Source: Balanoglossus misakiensis
Taxonomy: Eukaryota > Animalia > Hemichordata
Assembly (NCBI GenBank): GCA_040954595.2
Contig: CM082592.2
Coordinates: 1,488,001-1,552,000 of the forward strand
Direction of reading: 5' to 3'
DNA length: 64,000 nucleotides
Position 1 is the first letter of the stretch; each line of letters begins with the position of its first letter. Of the stretch, positions 49,906 through 62,600 are shown in pieces. Position numbers and translations under genes: made by a program. Under the pieces are notes generated by a model. That model did not search any database. It saw only the letters and a program-made list of their open reading frames with translations, and was not told the origin of the DNA.

Positions 49906-51769
49906 TTATTTTTTATAACGGTCACGATCACGATCCCGATCACGGTCATTACGCGGATAGAATCTATCACCCCCTTTTCCATAGGAAGGGAAAGGCATCC
50001 TCGAATAACAGGACTTCGCCATATGGCCAGACTTGCCACAACTCCAACATCGAGGTCTCCTCGGACATCTACTACTATTCTGGGGTACTGATGTTGTACT
50101 CTGTGTTTGACCCCCAACTGCCTTTTTAACTTTAGCAATTTTGTCCATGATATCAGCCTGTTCTTTATTGCCAATCAAAGCCATGAACATTCCCGCTAAC
50201 GCTGGGGAGTTCTGTTCTTTCCGCAAGGCCTTCCACATGGTAATGTAGCGTTGATAATCAGGATGACGACTTTCAAGAGCTGCATCTACTACCAGTTGCA
50301 ATCTCGCCATAGCCTCTTCTGGTTGAAAGATCTCGGGGTCTCGCTCAGAATAGAACTGTAATTCCAGCAATAATCGCTGGAAGCGATCTCCCATATCTTG
50401 TGTCTTTTCAGGCACATTTACTACTTGGACAGGCAATTGCTGACCCTGCTGTAAAGAAGACGATACCAAGAGAAAAAACCATTGATCAGTTTCATCACAG
50501 ATTCACATATCACGGTGATCACAGCCCAATAGAGCACCAATGTAATCAATATCACCCATCTGTCCAGAGGCATTCAATACCAAGAACTCAGTCTATACAT
50601 AATCCTCAACATAGCACCATCTGTTAAGATATCTGCATATTCATACATAATTTCTCACTCTCGCAAACAATCATTACTGTATCACATGTTTCCCATTGAA
50701 ACACCTTTGCCCAGTATTCATACATAATTCATCACGCGTCAGATATTACATGTCTCTCAATAGGACAATCCCCTACACCTACGCACACCTGTATAGTCAG
50801 CCAATCACTATGTGAATAAAAATCCACGCATAAAAATTTACATGTCTCTCAACGGGACACATCCTACTTCAATATGCATACCTGTGTAATCGGCCAATCA
50901 CATGTCTCTCATGGGACACACAAGAACTTACGTGTCTCCCACTGGACACCCAATTTTAGTATTCAAAACACGTGACAATTTTTTTATCGCAAAAGCTTAC
51001 GTGTCTCCCACTGGACACCCAATTTCAGTATTCAAAACACGTGACAAATTTTATCGCACAAGCTTACGTGTCTCCCACAGGACACCCAATTTCAGTATTC
51101 AAAACACGTGTCATATTTTATCACAAGAACTTACGTGTCTCCCACTGGACACCCAATTTCAGTATTCAGAACACGTGACAAATTTTATCGCACAAGCTTA
51201 CGTGTCTCCCACTGGACACCCAATTTCAGTATTCAAAACACGTGTCAATTTTCATCATAAAGCATACGTACGCGTGTCTCCCACTGGACACCCCAGAGCT
51301 AATATCAACAACTTATATACTTCATGTCTCTCAGCAGGACAAACCACTTCAATACAGAAGACGTACACACCTGTGTAATCGCCTATTCACCAGTCATAAA
51401 CTCGTCACAGATTTCCTTTCAAATACTTACCGTAAATTATTGCATAATTTTTGTACCAACACACATGTACAGAAGCTAACCAAACCGCTTTCCCAAATCT
51501 TCGTACTCAGCTTGAAGTACACTATGACAAAAATTCGTATGAAAATATCGCACTGAAAGCACAGAGAAACAACTTACCACATTGTTTTGAGGTGGCGGTC
51601 TCAGCTCAGCAGCCTGGGTAGGCAAAGTTGCCTGAGAGGTAGAACCCGACCCAGAACTCGGTACACTCACACGTCGTGGTAGTTGGTTACCATCCTTTTG
51701 CAGAGGTTTTGGCTGCTGTGCTTGTAGTTGTGAAGTACCCTGCACTGTTGGTTGTAGAGTAGACTGCAT
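49906..51769 (-). CDS. DIRS/PAT gag-like protein, spliced (leader exon 51769-51578 + exon 50448-49906)
   Basis: CCHC knuckle CWSCGKSGHMAKSC. Donor GTG|gtaagt at 51577 and acceptor ctttacag| at 50449, both phase 0. Confidence 0.65.
50920..51293. repeat. ~67-bp minisatellite (about 5.5 copies) inside the predicted gag intron
   Basis: cttacgtgtctcccactggacacccaatttcagtattcaaaacacgtg recurs at 50927, 50996, 51063, 51130 and 51197. Confidence 0.9.
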
Positions 51770-51800
51770 GCTGTACCGCGAGGAGTAGGGTCTGCTCTTT

Positions 51801-51920
51801 AGTTTTCCTTGCACCGTTCGATGTGATGTGACACGTGGGTGTATGCGCACTCCAGTTATATATAGGTATCTTATGAATATTCATATTCACTCAACCAATC
51901 ACTACGCAGTGTAGATAGTT
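51801..51920 (-). promoter_or_regulatory. Putative promoter in repeat A1 of the YR retrotransposon
   Basis: TATATATAA at ~51856-51864 and a CCAAT box at ~51895, ~90 nt upstream of the leader ATG at 51769. Confidence 0.45.
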
Positions 51921-52822
51921 TTTGCTATCACATTTAAAAATTCAAATTTGCAATTTACATATTCATTTCACAAAAGCAGTCAAAAATATTCATTTTGGCA
52001 GACCGCTGGTTGTGAAACCTGCTGCTAACATTTTTCAAAATTTAATTGATCAAAGCAAATCAAATCATTGCTCAAAGAAATGCTAAAATTATACAATCAT
52101 TGCATTAAAATTGAAAATAACAATTTCAAGTATCAGGGTTGTGTTGTGTTTCCTCCATAAGTTTACAACTATGACTCTGTGAACCTTGCATTCCACAGAA
52201 TATGATCTAGCTGCCACAAGAATAAATAACAGTCGCCTGGGTTGTCATAAAATACCTGTCATGAATATATTTGGCTTTCATGGCTGTGACGGTGAGTATA
52301 ATGAAAAGTTCAACTGTGATGTTTCAGATTTTTGCCATCACATTTAAAAATTCAAATTTACATTTACATTTCACAAAAGCAGTCAAAATTAATCAAGTAT
52401 TCATTTTTGCAGACCATTGGTTGTGAATCCTGCTGCTAACATTTGTCAAAATTTAATTGATTGAAAAACATCAATCATATTACTCAAAGAAATGCTGAAA
52501 ATTATACAATCATTGCATTAAAACTGAAAATGAAAATTTCATGTATCAGACTTTACTGTTGTAAAATATTTGTTTTCAACAGCAAGCTCTGATACATGAA
52601 AATTTTCATTCTCAGTTTCCTGTATTTACTTTTAATTTATTTTTTGTGGTATATTACATATTTATTTATTTTATTCACAATTTACAATAAACATAACAGT
52701 TCAAACCAGATTCTGCATCTTACCAAAATGTACAACTTAAATTAGCTTACAACCGCAAGCAATAATCTTTTTACATGATATTTACAACATTGAGTGCACC
52801 CTCTGAATTTACTCATAGTATT

Positions 52823-55520
52823 TTACTTCAAGGTATTTTTCAGAGATTTGCTTATTTTCCCACTAACTGCAGCATGTTTGATTTCTTTCATAAATTTGCT
52901 GCTGCAAATATCACATGACACAGAGGAACCCTGCTTTTCACTGCCACAAAAACAGTAGCCTGGGTCATCATAATACCTGTCTGGAATATATTTGCCATTA
53001 TCATTGGCACGTTTACCCTTTTGGTTCCCTTTATAATTATCAGAACAGGGGTCTTGTGTACGCAGCCAATACAGCAGTATATACTCATGCCTGAAAATTA
53101 GAGACCACCTGTTCTGGGGTGTTGAATTATTACTGTATTCAAGCAGGCGCAAATGCTTGGCTTCCCTTCCCTCCATTGTATTAAGACCTAACCCCATCCT
53201 GAATTTCCCATACACCTCAGATATATGCTTTGGTAACACATATCCAATATGCCAGATGGTATTATTTACTGTGAGAAAGAGAGAGTGCAAATTGAAATAC
53301 CATCTGCACTTTTGTTTAAGTACAGCAATATCACTCTCACTAATATTGAACCTTGAACTAAGTGAAGTTATATCACGTAGTAGCACACCTATGTATGTGT
53401 ACATAGCCAATCTTGCCTGTTGTTGTGCATTGTCATTGGGCCCACTCAGAGCCTTAATCAATGACATAAAGTACCAACCTACTTTCCTGGACTCTTCCCC
53501 AGTGAAACGATGAACCCTTATTGCTTGGCTCTGTTTACTTACCTTATTTTCAGTGGAGTACTTTACAATTTGGCTGTACAATTTACCTGCTCTGACATTG
53601 TACTTTAGGGCATACAGGAATGTATAGAGATAACAGTCATGTGGTAGTTTTTCCAGCTTCACCCCACTGTCAACTACACGCTGGTCTGTTTTGGCCACAG
53701 CGTCTGTCAGTAATCGCTGAAAAAAATACTGCCATGCATTATTTTTTAGGTGAAGTGGTTCTACTTTTGCACAAGTTATAAACCTACCCAGTGGGGGAAT
53801 AAATTCCTGTCTGGATTTCCTATTCGATATAAATCGTGTCACTTTTGTACGGTCAATGTCAGACTTACCAGATCTTTTCGGCAAATTTGATTTTAACTTT
53901 GCCACAGCTTCAGCATCTTGCAACCTCTTTGCATAGTCCCATTCTGTCCACTTTTTACCGGGGCCTATATCTCCCCCTACCTTATCTATGTCACCTTTAG
54001 TAACATTGCCAAATGAGCTGAAATATGTAGCTGCATTTGACAACTCGCCTGACACTACTGCCAAACCTTTCTGATCAAAGGGCAGGAGTGACACCTTAAA
54101 ACTTACGTTGAGATTATTTATTGAGTAGTTCTTTGACTCAATGACCTCCAGCTCTTTTGCTAAATTACTAGCATACTCTATTAATAGAGGGTCTTCCTCT
54201 TTTAAGTTTGCACCCAGTAGCAGGAAGTTGTCATCAGGGCTGGCTACCCTGTGACCTACATTTACCAAGCTTATTAGCCAAGCAGTTGCTTGGCCATATT
54301 TCCCAAATGGTGCCCCATCAGCACCAAGGGCAATTTGAAAACTCCCCTCTGGCTTACCAAACCAATTCAAGATATCAGGCTGATATTGGCACTGTGTTAA
54401 ATATAGGTTGGCAATTTTTAAGAGCATCATCTCTGTATCTCTTTTCATGCCAACTACCTTACCATTATTTAATATAGGTTGAAGGTCACCTATGTCAAGG
54501 TTACGGACATAGCTTACAACTCTATTATATGATAGGAGCCTTGGTATTTTACAACCAGCTTCAAATTGTAACACTCTCTTTGGTTGATTTAATTTTAAGA
54601 CTGAGTTTAGCTCACTAACCCTTATGGCGTTATATTTTCGTTTTGACAACACACCATTTTTATACAATACTTTGATGCTTCTGATGAGATTATTTTCACT
54701 ATCTTCAAATTTCGAAATTGATTTCTTCAACAATGATGGCATTATTATTTCTTTAAATTTACCAGAAGACATGAGGTATGTTTCAAGCTGACTGGGAGTT
54801 ACTGAATTAACAAGTGTTACCCACAGCCCATCAAGTGCTGTCTTTGGGGGGTTTGCAATACTAACATTTGTCTTGTTTGAGTCAGATTCTGGTGCTGCTT
54901 GATGAATGGCTGTGGCCGCCACTAGTGTCTCTGTTCGCCGAGCATGCTGCAGACTTCTGGACAGAGTTAGGCGTTCACTGTTGTCTGGACAGACTTTGCT
55001 GCTCTTTTGAACTACAGGTCTGTTTTTCACAGCAGAGAATGAAGAGATCTGTAAAATATGCAAATGAAAGAGTCAAAGGTCACACACTCATGCATATCTA
55101 TCTAGCTAGCTATCTATCGTGTATGTATGTGTGTGTAAAGTAGCTTACCTCCTGACAAACTCTAACTGCTTTCTGACTAAGTTTTCTCTGTCTCTTCACT
55201 AGTCTGCTCAAATGCTTCTTTGACTTTTCTACAAGTTGCTTTCCATTTTCTATTTTCTGCTGCTTCTGTCTTATTTTCTCACTTTCCTCTTCTATCTTAC
55301 GCTTTCTTTCAGAGCGCCACTTTCCTAGGTTGAACCTATGCTTTTTCTTTCCTGACTCTGACCTCACTAGTAGTGTACTATTCTCCACTTTCTCCTTCAA
55401 AAGTTGCCGAGCTTTAATTAATTTCTGTTCTTCTTCCTCCCTAGCTATCTGCTTTGCTCTCGTTTTGTCTACTGCCCATTGTCCTATATCAAAATTACTC
55501 TTTCTCTTTTTATGTGGCAT
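52823..55520 (-). CDS. RAG1/Transib-like DDE transposase, ~865 aa, two coding exons (55520-55149, 55048-52823), apparently intact
   Basis: Basic N-terminus MPHKKRK. Phase-0 100-bp intron (GAG|gtaagc...ttttacag|ATC). Candidate catalytic motifs ALGADGAPFG (D), PFDQKGLAVVSG (D), EPLHLKNN and GLGLNTMEGREAKH (E); C-terminal CFCG..CDIC. Confidence 0.75.
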
Positions 55521-56745
55521 CACAGCATGCTTTTTGCCTCTGCTGTTTATACGTATGTTGTGGGTCATATGACGGTTCCCTACCTCAGAGGTGAGAAAAT
55601 GAATATGTCATACCCTGAAAAGAAAAACAATATTTTGTTAATATGTCCTATTGCAACATGAGATTATTTGCAATAAGTTTAAAGAAATAAAAATTAAATT
55701 GATATGAAATTAAATTAACCAAATTGAGTGTTACATTTTCATGTAGAGTTGTCATTTATAATTTATTTGTATTATATATTGGTGACCTTCAACCTATAAT
55801 AAACAATAAAAAAGTGGGTTTACAATTGCCCTTGGTGCTGGATGGAGCATCATTCGCAAATTAAAAGCAAGGTTATGGCATTTGCATGTTCATATGCAAT
55901 GCTGAGGTGTAAGCCAAAGACGCAGGTCAACACACGCGTGTCCTTGCCATTATCTCTTCAATTAATCTCCAGGGATATCGCCGGTTCGTGCAGCAAGCCC
56001 GTACGCGTGGCCATTATTATACTATAGGCGTTGTGCGCGCTGCGCGGGGTATGCATATTCTCTGAGATTCAGTTTTTTTATTTTTTCATTATAGGGTGAT
56101 ATGTCATCTCTTCTGTTTTTATTGACATGTTTGCAAAAATCTGTTGGTTTCAGATTTGTAGATTTCGGCTCAGTCGAAACAAAAAACATGAGATCGGTTG
56201 GCATGTTGGTGAGGTTGACATAATCTGCCATAGCTGTCAATGGAGTTGTAATACGCGCTGACTGCACACCATTGTCGGCGAATTCTGCTTGGTTCAATTA
56301 GGACAATACGTGAAAACATTGAGTGACATCAAAGTCCTTCGGCGTAAAAACAACCAAACAACAATCGTATGATTTTAAAATATTTAATTATGCAATAAAA
56401 CTCCAAAATTTACACGATTTTCTTGCACACGTCAATGTTGCTATGTAAACAGACTTTGCTTAGTAACCGTAGCCGTGTCGAGAAATTTGAAATTTGATAA
56501 CCTACTGAATCGAAGATTGCCCTAATTATGAAGTGCATAATATCACCAGTTACTGAACTTCATGATATGTTGATGTTAATACACTCATTTGTCGTGAATA
56601 GTTGGAAACACTTACCTTACTCTGCAAATGTGCGCTACCGCTCAGCTGAAACTGGCGCCATTGTGATACCTAATGAATTATTTATGAGTCGAAAAAAAGG
56701 GGGACGTTTACATTGGATAAAGAGGGCGCCTCATGGGCTGTAGTG

Positions 56746-57315
56746 ATTGACAGCATGATATCCAATTACAAAAATGATGGGCATAAGGTATACTAGCTGC
56801 ACACCAAATTTGAAGTCAATCTGACTTGTAGTTTCTGAGATCTGAGATTTGCATTTTTTCAGAAAACCAAATATGGCCGCCAGGTCACGTGACTAATTAA
56901 ATATTCACGAGCCACTGCACATCTACTCATTGGCCCCTATCTGCCTACCAAGTTTCAGCCTGGTTGGTGCTGCAGATTTTGAGATTTAGGTGGCCGAAAA
57001 ATGGAACCAAGAATAAAGAAGGAAAGAAAGAAAGACTGAAAAACCCCAATGAAACCAATACGGGCCCAAGCCTGGCTTGGCTTGGGCCCGTAAAAAATTT
57101 CAACGAAACCAATAGGGCCCAAGCGCAAGCAAGCGCTTGGGCCCTAAAGAAAAACCCCAACGAAACCAATAGGGCCCAAGCGCTTGCTTGCGCTTGGGCC
57201 CTAAAAAATTCCAACGAAACCAATAGGGCCCAAGCGCTTGCGCGCGCTTGGGCCCTAAAGAAAAATTCCAACGAAACCAATAGGGCCCAAGCGCTTGCGT
57301 GCGCTTGGGCCCTAA
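56746..57315 (-). mobile_element. 5' part of HINE-like unit C with five tandem terminal hairpins
   Basis: Continues the repeat interrupted at 44278. Five ~58-60-bp copies of aacgaaaccaatagggcccaagc-loop-gcttgggcccta. Confidence 0.75.
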
Positions 57316-58261
57316 TAATCTTGAAAATGAACTGGGAACGGGAACGTGGGCCTGCACTAGTCCCATATTATTTATGGGATTGTCAATGCTGACAACCGAG
57401 GTTAATTAACACGTGTATCTGCAAAATACAGTCCGAGGAAGGCTATCTACAAGACAAACGAACTGCACCACACACTAATTGCAGCTTGTTGCACGACCGG
57501 TATTCAACCCTAGAAAATTAAAATACAAACACTTGGCAGAAAACTTGGTGTGTTTTGATCCGTTTAGATATTCTAAGACTGGAAACCTATCACTCGAGGG
57601 CACTCGCTGAGCTCCGTGTAGTGAAAAACAGCCCTAAAGTGACCCTATAAAAACAGCGAAAGCCAATAATAAATATTTTCAAACGTGGTTAGCAGAAAAG
57701 TGAATTTCGCTCATTTGTCAATTATGGCAAATGCTGTAGACAAGGAGCAAGTACTCGAGAATGCTAATACGCGAATATTCGTTTTTGTTTTTAAGCCAAA
57801 AACCATTTCCGGGGGTCAATAAAATGTGCAACTCAAACAAAAGTTCAAAAGCTCAGCTTCCAGAATATGTATGGTTTATAGGGGTTTTAACGGTCGTTGT
57901 CTTTGATGAGAAATAGGCCTCTGAAAAAGTCTTGAAGGTTTCGTGCAATGCCGCATCAAAAAAATTGTGCCGAGTCTCCCTATGTAGCATTTGTGGAGTA
58001 AAAGACAGCGAGTTCAGCGCGTGTGTCTAGGAAATGCGTAGGCCGACACCATGAGCTCAGTCCTAAATTCGAAACTTACCTCACTACCAGAAACACGCTC
58101 AAGGCAAGCATGCTTGATAAACCTAATGGTCAGGCCCAACTTGCACAAAATAAGACATGATCCATATTCGGGCAAGCAAAGTTCTTTTTGCGAGCAAATG
58201 CATGGCTACATCCTGAGGACCAGCAAAAGAAAAGTTTTAGAACCAGAAACTCAATTAAACA

Positions 58262-59651
58262 GCGGGTACTAACGACGTTTCGTTATTTTCATATTCCGTT
58301 AGGGTGACGTACAACACTGGCCGGAGCGCATAATAGAGTTTTCCGATAGACTCTGTAGATGGACGATTTGTTCTAAAATATCCATGGTTGCTTCGAAACG
58401 CCGTCTTGTTATTTACATATTCCGTTGTGATGCGTAGAACACACAGGCCGGAGCGCATAAGAAAGTTTTCCGATAGACTCTGTAGATCGACGATTTGTTC
58501 TAAAATATCCATGGTTGCATCCAAACGCCGTCTTGTTATTTGCATATTCCGTTGTGATGCGTAGAACACACAGGCCCGAGCGAATAAAAAAGTTTTCCAG
58601 TAGACTCTGTAGATCGACGGTGTGTTCTAAAATATCCATGGTTGCTTCCAAACGCCGTCTTGTTATTTTCATATTCCGTCGTGATGCGTAGAACACACAG
58701 GCCGGAGTGCATAAGAAAATTTTCCAGTAGACTCTGTAGATCGACGGTGTGTTCTAAAATATCCATGGTTGCTTCCAAATGCCGTCTTGTTATTTTCATA
58801 TGCCGTCGTGATGCGTAGAACACACAGGCCGCAGTGCAAAAGAAAGTTTTCCGGTAGATTCTGTAGATCGACGGTGTGTTCTAAAATATCCATGGTTGCT
58901 TCCAAATGCCGTCTTGTTATTTTCATATGCCGTCGTGATGCGTAGAACACACAGGCCGCAGTGCAAAAGAAAGTTTTCCGGTAGATTCTGTAGATCGACG
59001 GTGTGTTCTAAAATATCCATGGTTGCTTCCAAATGCCGTCTTGTTATTTTCATATTCCGTCGTGATGCGTAGAACACACAGGCCTAAGTGCATAAGAAAG
59101 TTTTCCGGTAGACTCTGTAGATCGACGGTGTGTTCTAAAATATCCATGGTTGCTTCCAAACGCCGTCGTGTTATTTTCATATTCCGTCGTGATGCGTAGA
59201 ACACACAGGCCGGAGTGCATTAGAACATTTTCCAGTAGACTCTGTAGATCGACGGTGTGTTCTAAAATATCCATGGTTGCTTCCAAACGCCGTCTTGTTA
59301 TTGTCATATTCCGTCGTGATGCGTAGAACACACAGGCAGGAGCGCATAAGAAAGTTTTCCGATAGACTCTGTAGATCGACGTTTTGTTCTAAAATATCCA
59401 TGGTTGCTTCCAAACGCCGTCTTGTTATTTTCATATTCCGTCGTGATGCGTAGAACACACAGGCAGGAGCGCATAAGAAAGTTTTCCGATAGACTCTGTA
59501 GATCGACGGTTTGTTCTAAAATATCCATGGTTGCTTCCAAACGCCGTCGTGTTATTTTCATATTCCGTCGTGATGCGTAGAACACACAGGCAGGAGCGCA
59601 TCAGAAAGTTTTCCGATAGACTCTGTAGATCGACGGTTTGTTCTAAAATAT
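58262..59651. repeat. 127-bp tandem satellite, about 11 copies
   Basis: Unit tgttctaaaatatccatggttgcttccaaacgccgtcttgttattttcatattccgtcgtgatgcgtagaacacacagg...; the ORF-track periodicity is 127 bp. Confidence 0.95.
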
Positions 59652-62600
59652 TGTTGTGGAACGAGGTTATTGCGTCATAGTGCCTATTATATCCCTCGAC
59701 TCCCGAAGAACTACGAAGATGACGTTACATCCGGGATCCCTCGTCGGCTGCTTCACTTGCTATCCGAACCCCCAACCGACTAGACGTGCGTACGTGCTTA
59801 TCCGATCCGCCTAACTACTACTAGTGTAAAAGTACCAGTCCAAGTGACTTCATAGCTACTTAAGCTAGGTACGTGTATCCTTGCACAAAGTCACAGTATT
59901 AGTGTCAGTGTAAACACTACATTGGCGCTGCGAGTAAATGTTTTGAGCCTTTGCCGAGATTTACTCAGGTTTCGTTGTGTTCCGTGCTCTTTTCACGATC
60001 ACGCGCACCACCAACTTTTTTTCAAACAATTTGTTTTTCTAATTCCGTGAATGATACCGATATAAAAATTAGTAGCACTAGATAGTTTTTATTGTTCTTC
60101 ACTGAATTATTGTACTTTTTGTGGATTTTCCTCTCAGGATTTTTTTCCAAGCCAAAGAAAAACCCGACCCACGCCCGAAATATAGAAAACGATAAAATAG
60201 TCAAATTTTCAAGAGGCCGTAAAACTTTTTTGATTTTTGCAAAATAAAAAAATTTGGACCAATTTTAATCATTTACAGTTAAATAACTTTGTCCTGAAAT
60301 TTCATTTTCTAAAAACATTTTTTTAAAGAATTTTACGGCTCTTTCAATTTTTTTTATCTTGACAACTGGGACAAGCTTGCATATATAACGAGCAACAGGT
60401 GTCGTAAGTAATCACCGCAAAATATTCACGGTGACTCACAGACAACTGGAATCATAATCTCCAGCTTTGTCTTTTAGATAAAAAGGAAAAAATAACCGTC
60501 TTGTTGTTTGAAAAATTTCATTTTTAGAAATTGTTTTACATTTTTTTTTCTCGTACGGAAAAATTCGCGCGCTTAGGGTCACGCGCACAGGCTGTGGTCG
60601 TCCGTTGCTTCTCTGACGTCACCGTTGTTCTCGGTATCATAAGAAAGCAACGAATTTTTGGAAACTAGTGCTATAAAATATTTTTTTATATATCAAGATA
60701 ATTCCTTTTTATATTCGATTTATAATGAAGGCCAAACTAACATTTTATTTCTATTTTTTAAATCGATATAGAATATTTATTGTTATTAGCTACGAATTCT
60801 TTGAATAAACAAAGGTACTAAGCCCGAACATTTTTCCACTTTTAGAATAATAAGGGATTTAAATAGTATTTATTAATTCCCCGTTCATCCCATACACATA
60901 ATTTGTACATATTTAAAACAACTGTTTAGCCATATTTAAAGGTTCTTTAAAAAAAATAATTATTTATTACAAGAATATTAAGGGTATAGTATAAAAATAT
61001 AAGAAATAAACATCAACGAGTGCTCATATGAGGAGTTATTAAAACTCCGGGACCAGGGATTGGCAAGCATATAGCCAAAAAGATCACGCACATCAGGAAA
61101 AAATTCGGCAGAGTAACGGAGGAAATGCTGCGCAAGCATATAGCGCGATTTCGTCCGCCGCGAAGATTTTATGACATGGTAACGGTTTTTGTCCTCGAAT
61201 ATGACTAACGAACGCCAAAGCGGGAGCGAAAATGAAACCGAAGAAAACCGTACATACGGTTCAGGTAAACTAAAGAGAGATTCGGTAAGAGAGGATAATG
61301 GTGATGATAGAGCTGGCATAAAACAGGACTAAGTCGAATGGATGGAAAGAGAAAAGCAAATTCATGAAAATGTAGCTTAAATCGTCAATCTGAAGAACGA
61401 ACAAAGCGGAGACGATTTCGCTACCAACACCTGTCGAAATTCGGAAGTGAATAGACCAACCAATTTGATTTGGGATGAAAATTTCCGTTATCATAAAAAC
61501 GAAGTCTCCATGAGAGAAAGAGATCCGTATTCATTTCACGAGGATGACCGTGATCGTAGATACGAAAACCGCGGACCACATAGATGTAGAGAGAATAGGG
61601 AAAGTAGGGAGAGAACACCACGTCAACAATACTATTCAATAGATCTGACTCAGTCACCAGAATATGAACGAAGACGCCACAGCAGATCACCGACTCCCTA
61701 TCTACAACCTGTATTTAGTGATAGCAGGTTTTCCCCTCGCGAACCCGATCATCACTATACGCCAATATCATCTCGAGATATCCGGGAATTTGATCCCCAG
61801 GTCTCCGAAATATATCCATCCGGACATACCTATAGACGAGGATCCGGGAATGTTAATAGCGACAACGGATTTGAAGAGCGAACACCAAACTCTTTTCCGA
61901 AGCCGTCAAGCATTCCTAAAACATTAATCTATGATGGGACCTCAAACTGGAGAACCTTCAAGACGAAATTTCTCAAATATTCTAATGCTAGTCAGTGGTC
62001 AGCTGACTTGCGTAAGGATTACTTGTGCTGGTTTCTTGAAGGGAAAGCGAGTGACTATTACACATTACTGGTCGAACGAGATACCAGTATCAGTTTTGAC
62101 CATGTAATGCGGAAATTAGAACGCCGACTTGGTTTCCGTGAATTACCGGAGACCGCGCAAGTTGAATTTCAACAAGCACGGCAACAGTCCGACGAAGTCA
62201 TCGAGGACTGGCCTGATAGAGTACTATCACTCGCGGTGGGGGCTTTTAGTGATGTATCCGACGAACGCATTCACAAACAAGCAGTCATGCGATTTTGTCA
62301 GGGCTCGACGGACAAGGAAGCTGGCCAATATATAGCCAATCAGCGTCCAAAAACCATTGAGGATGCGATCGACTGTATGCGTTGGTACCAGCACAACCAC
62401 AAGGCCATTTATGGGAAACAGCGCAAAGAGGTGAGATATATCACCCCAGAAAGAGACCAAGAGGATGAATTGGTCTCAGTGCAGGCCGTGACTCGTCAGT
62501 CGTCCATGTCAAATCAACATGATACACCAAATCACCAAGACATGGGTAATCGTCGACTAACAAGGGACCAGAATATTACTGATGTAGTCAAAACCATGGA

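Larger units (their letters stand above)
45331..51920 (-). mobile_element. PAT-like DIRS-order tyrosine-recombinase retrotransposon with split direct repeats
   Basis: A1 51801-51920, then gag/pol/YR, B1 45599-45664, A2 45479-45598, B2 45331-45396 (A1-ORFs-B1-A2-B2). AGTT occurs at both host junctions and at the A/B junction. Confidence 0.92.
44279..56745. mobile_element. CACT-ended DNA transposon encoding a RAG1/Transib/CMC-clan transposase and a second convergent gene
   Basis: Imperfect 35-bp TIRs CACTGCGGCCCA-GGGCGCCCCTGTTTTGTCCAATG / CACTACAGCCCATGAGGCGCCCTC-TTTATCCAATG. The 3-bp TSD ATT (44276-44278, 56746-56748) is confirmed by the empty paralogous site gcaacattgacagc at ~42853. Confidence 0.88.

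Noticed and set aside
44274-56750. 5-bp Transib/RAG-type TSD
   Set aside because: The flanks (acatt / attga) and the empty paralogous site show only ATT is duplicated.
56945-57392. Repetitive ORFs and integron attC-like look of the hairpin array
   Set aside because: The hairpins are termini of the HINE-like family seen elsewhere in the window, and no cassettes lie between them.
58255-59585. Series of 93-104 aa ORFs (MFYASRRNMKITRR...)
   Set aside because: By-products of the 127-bp tandem repeat; no coding features.
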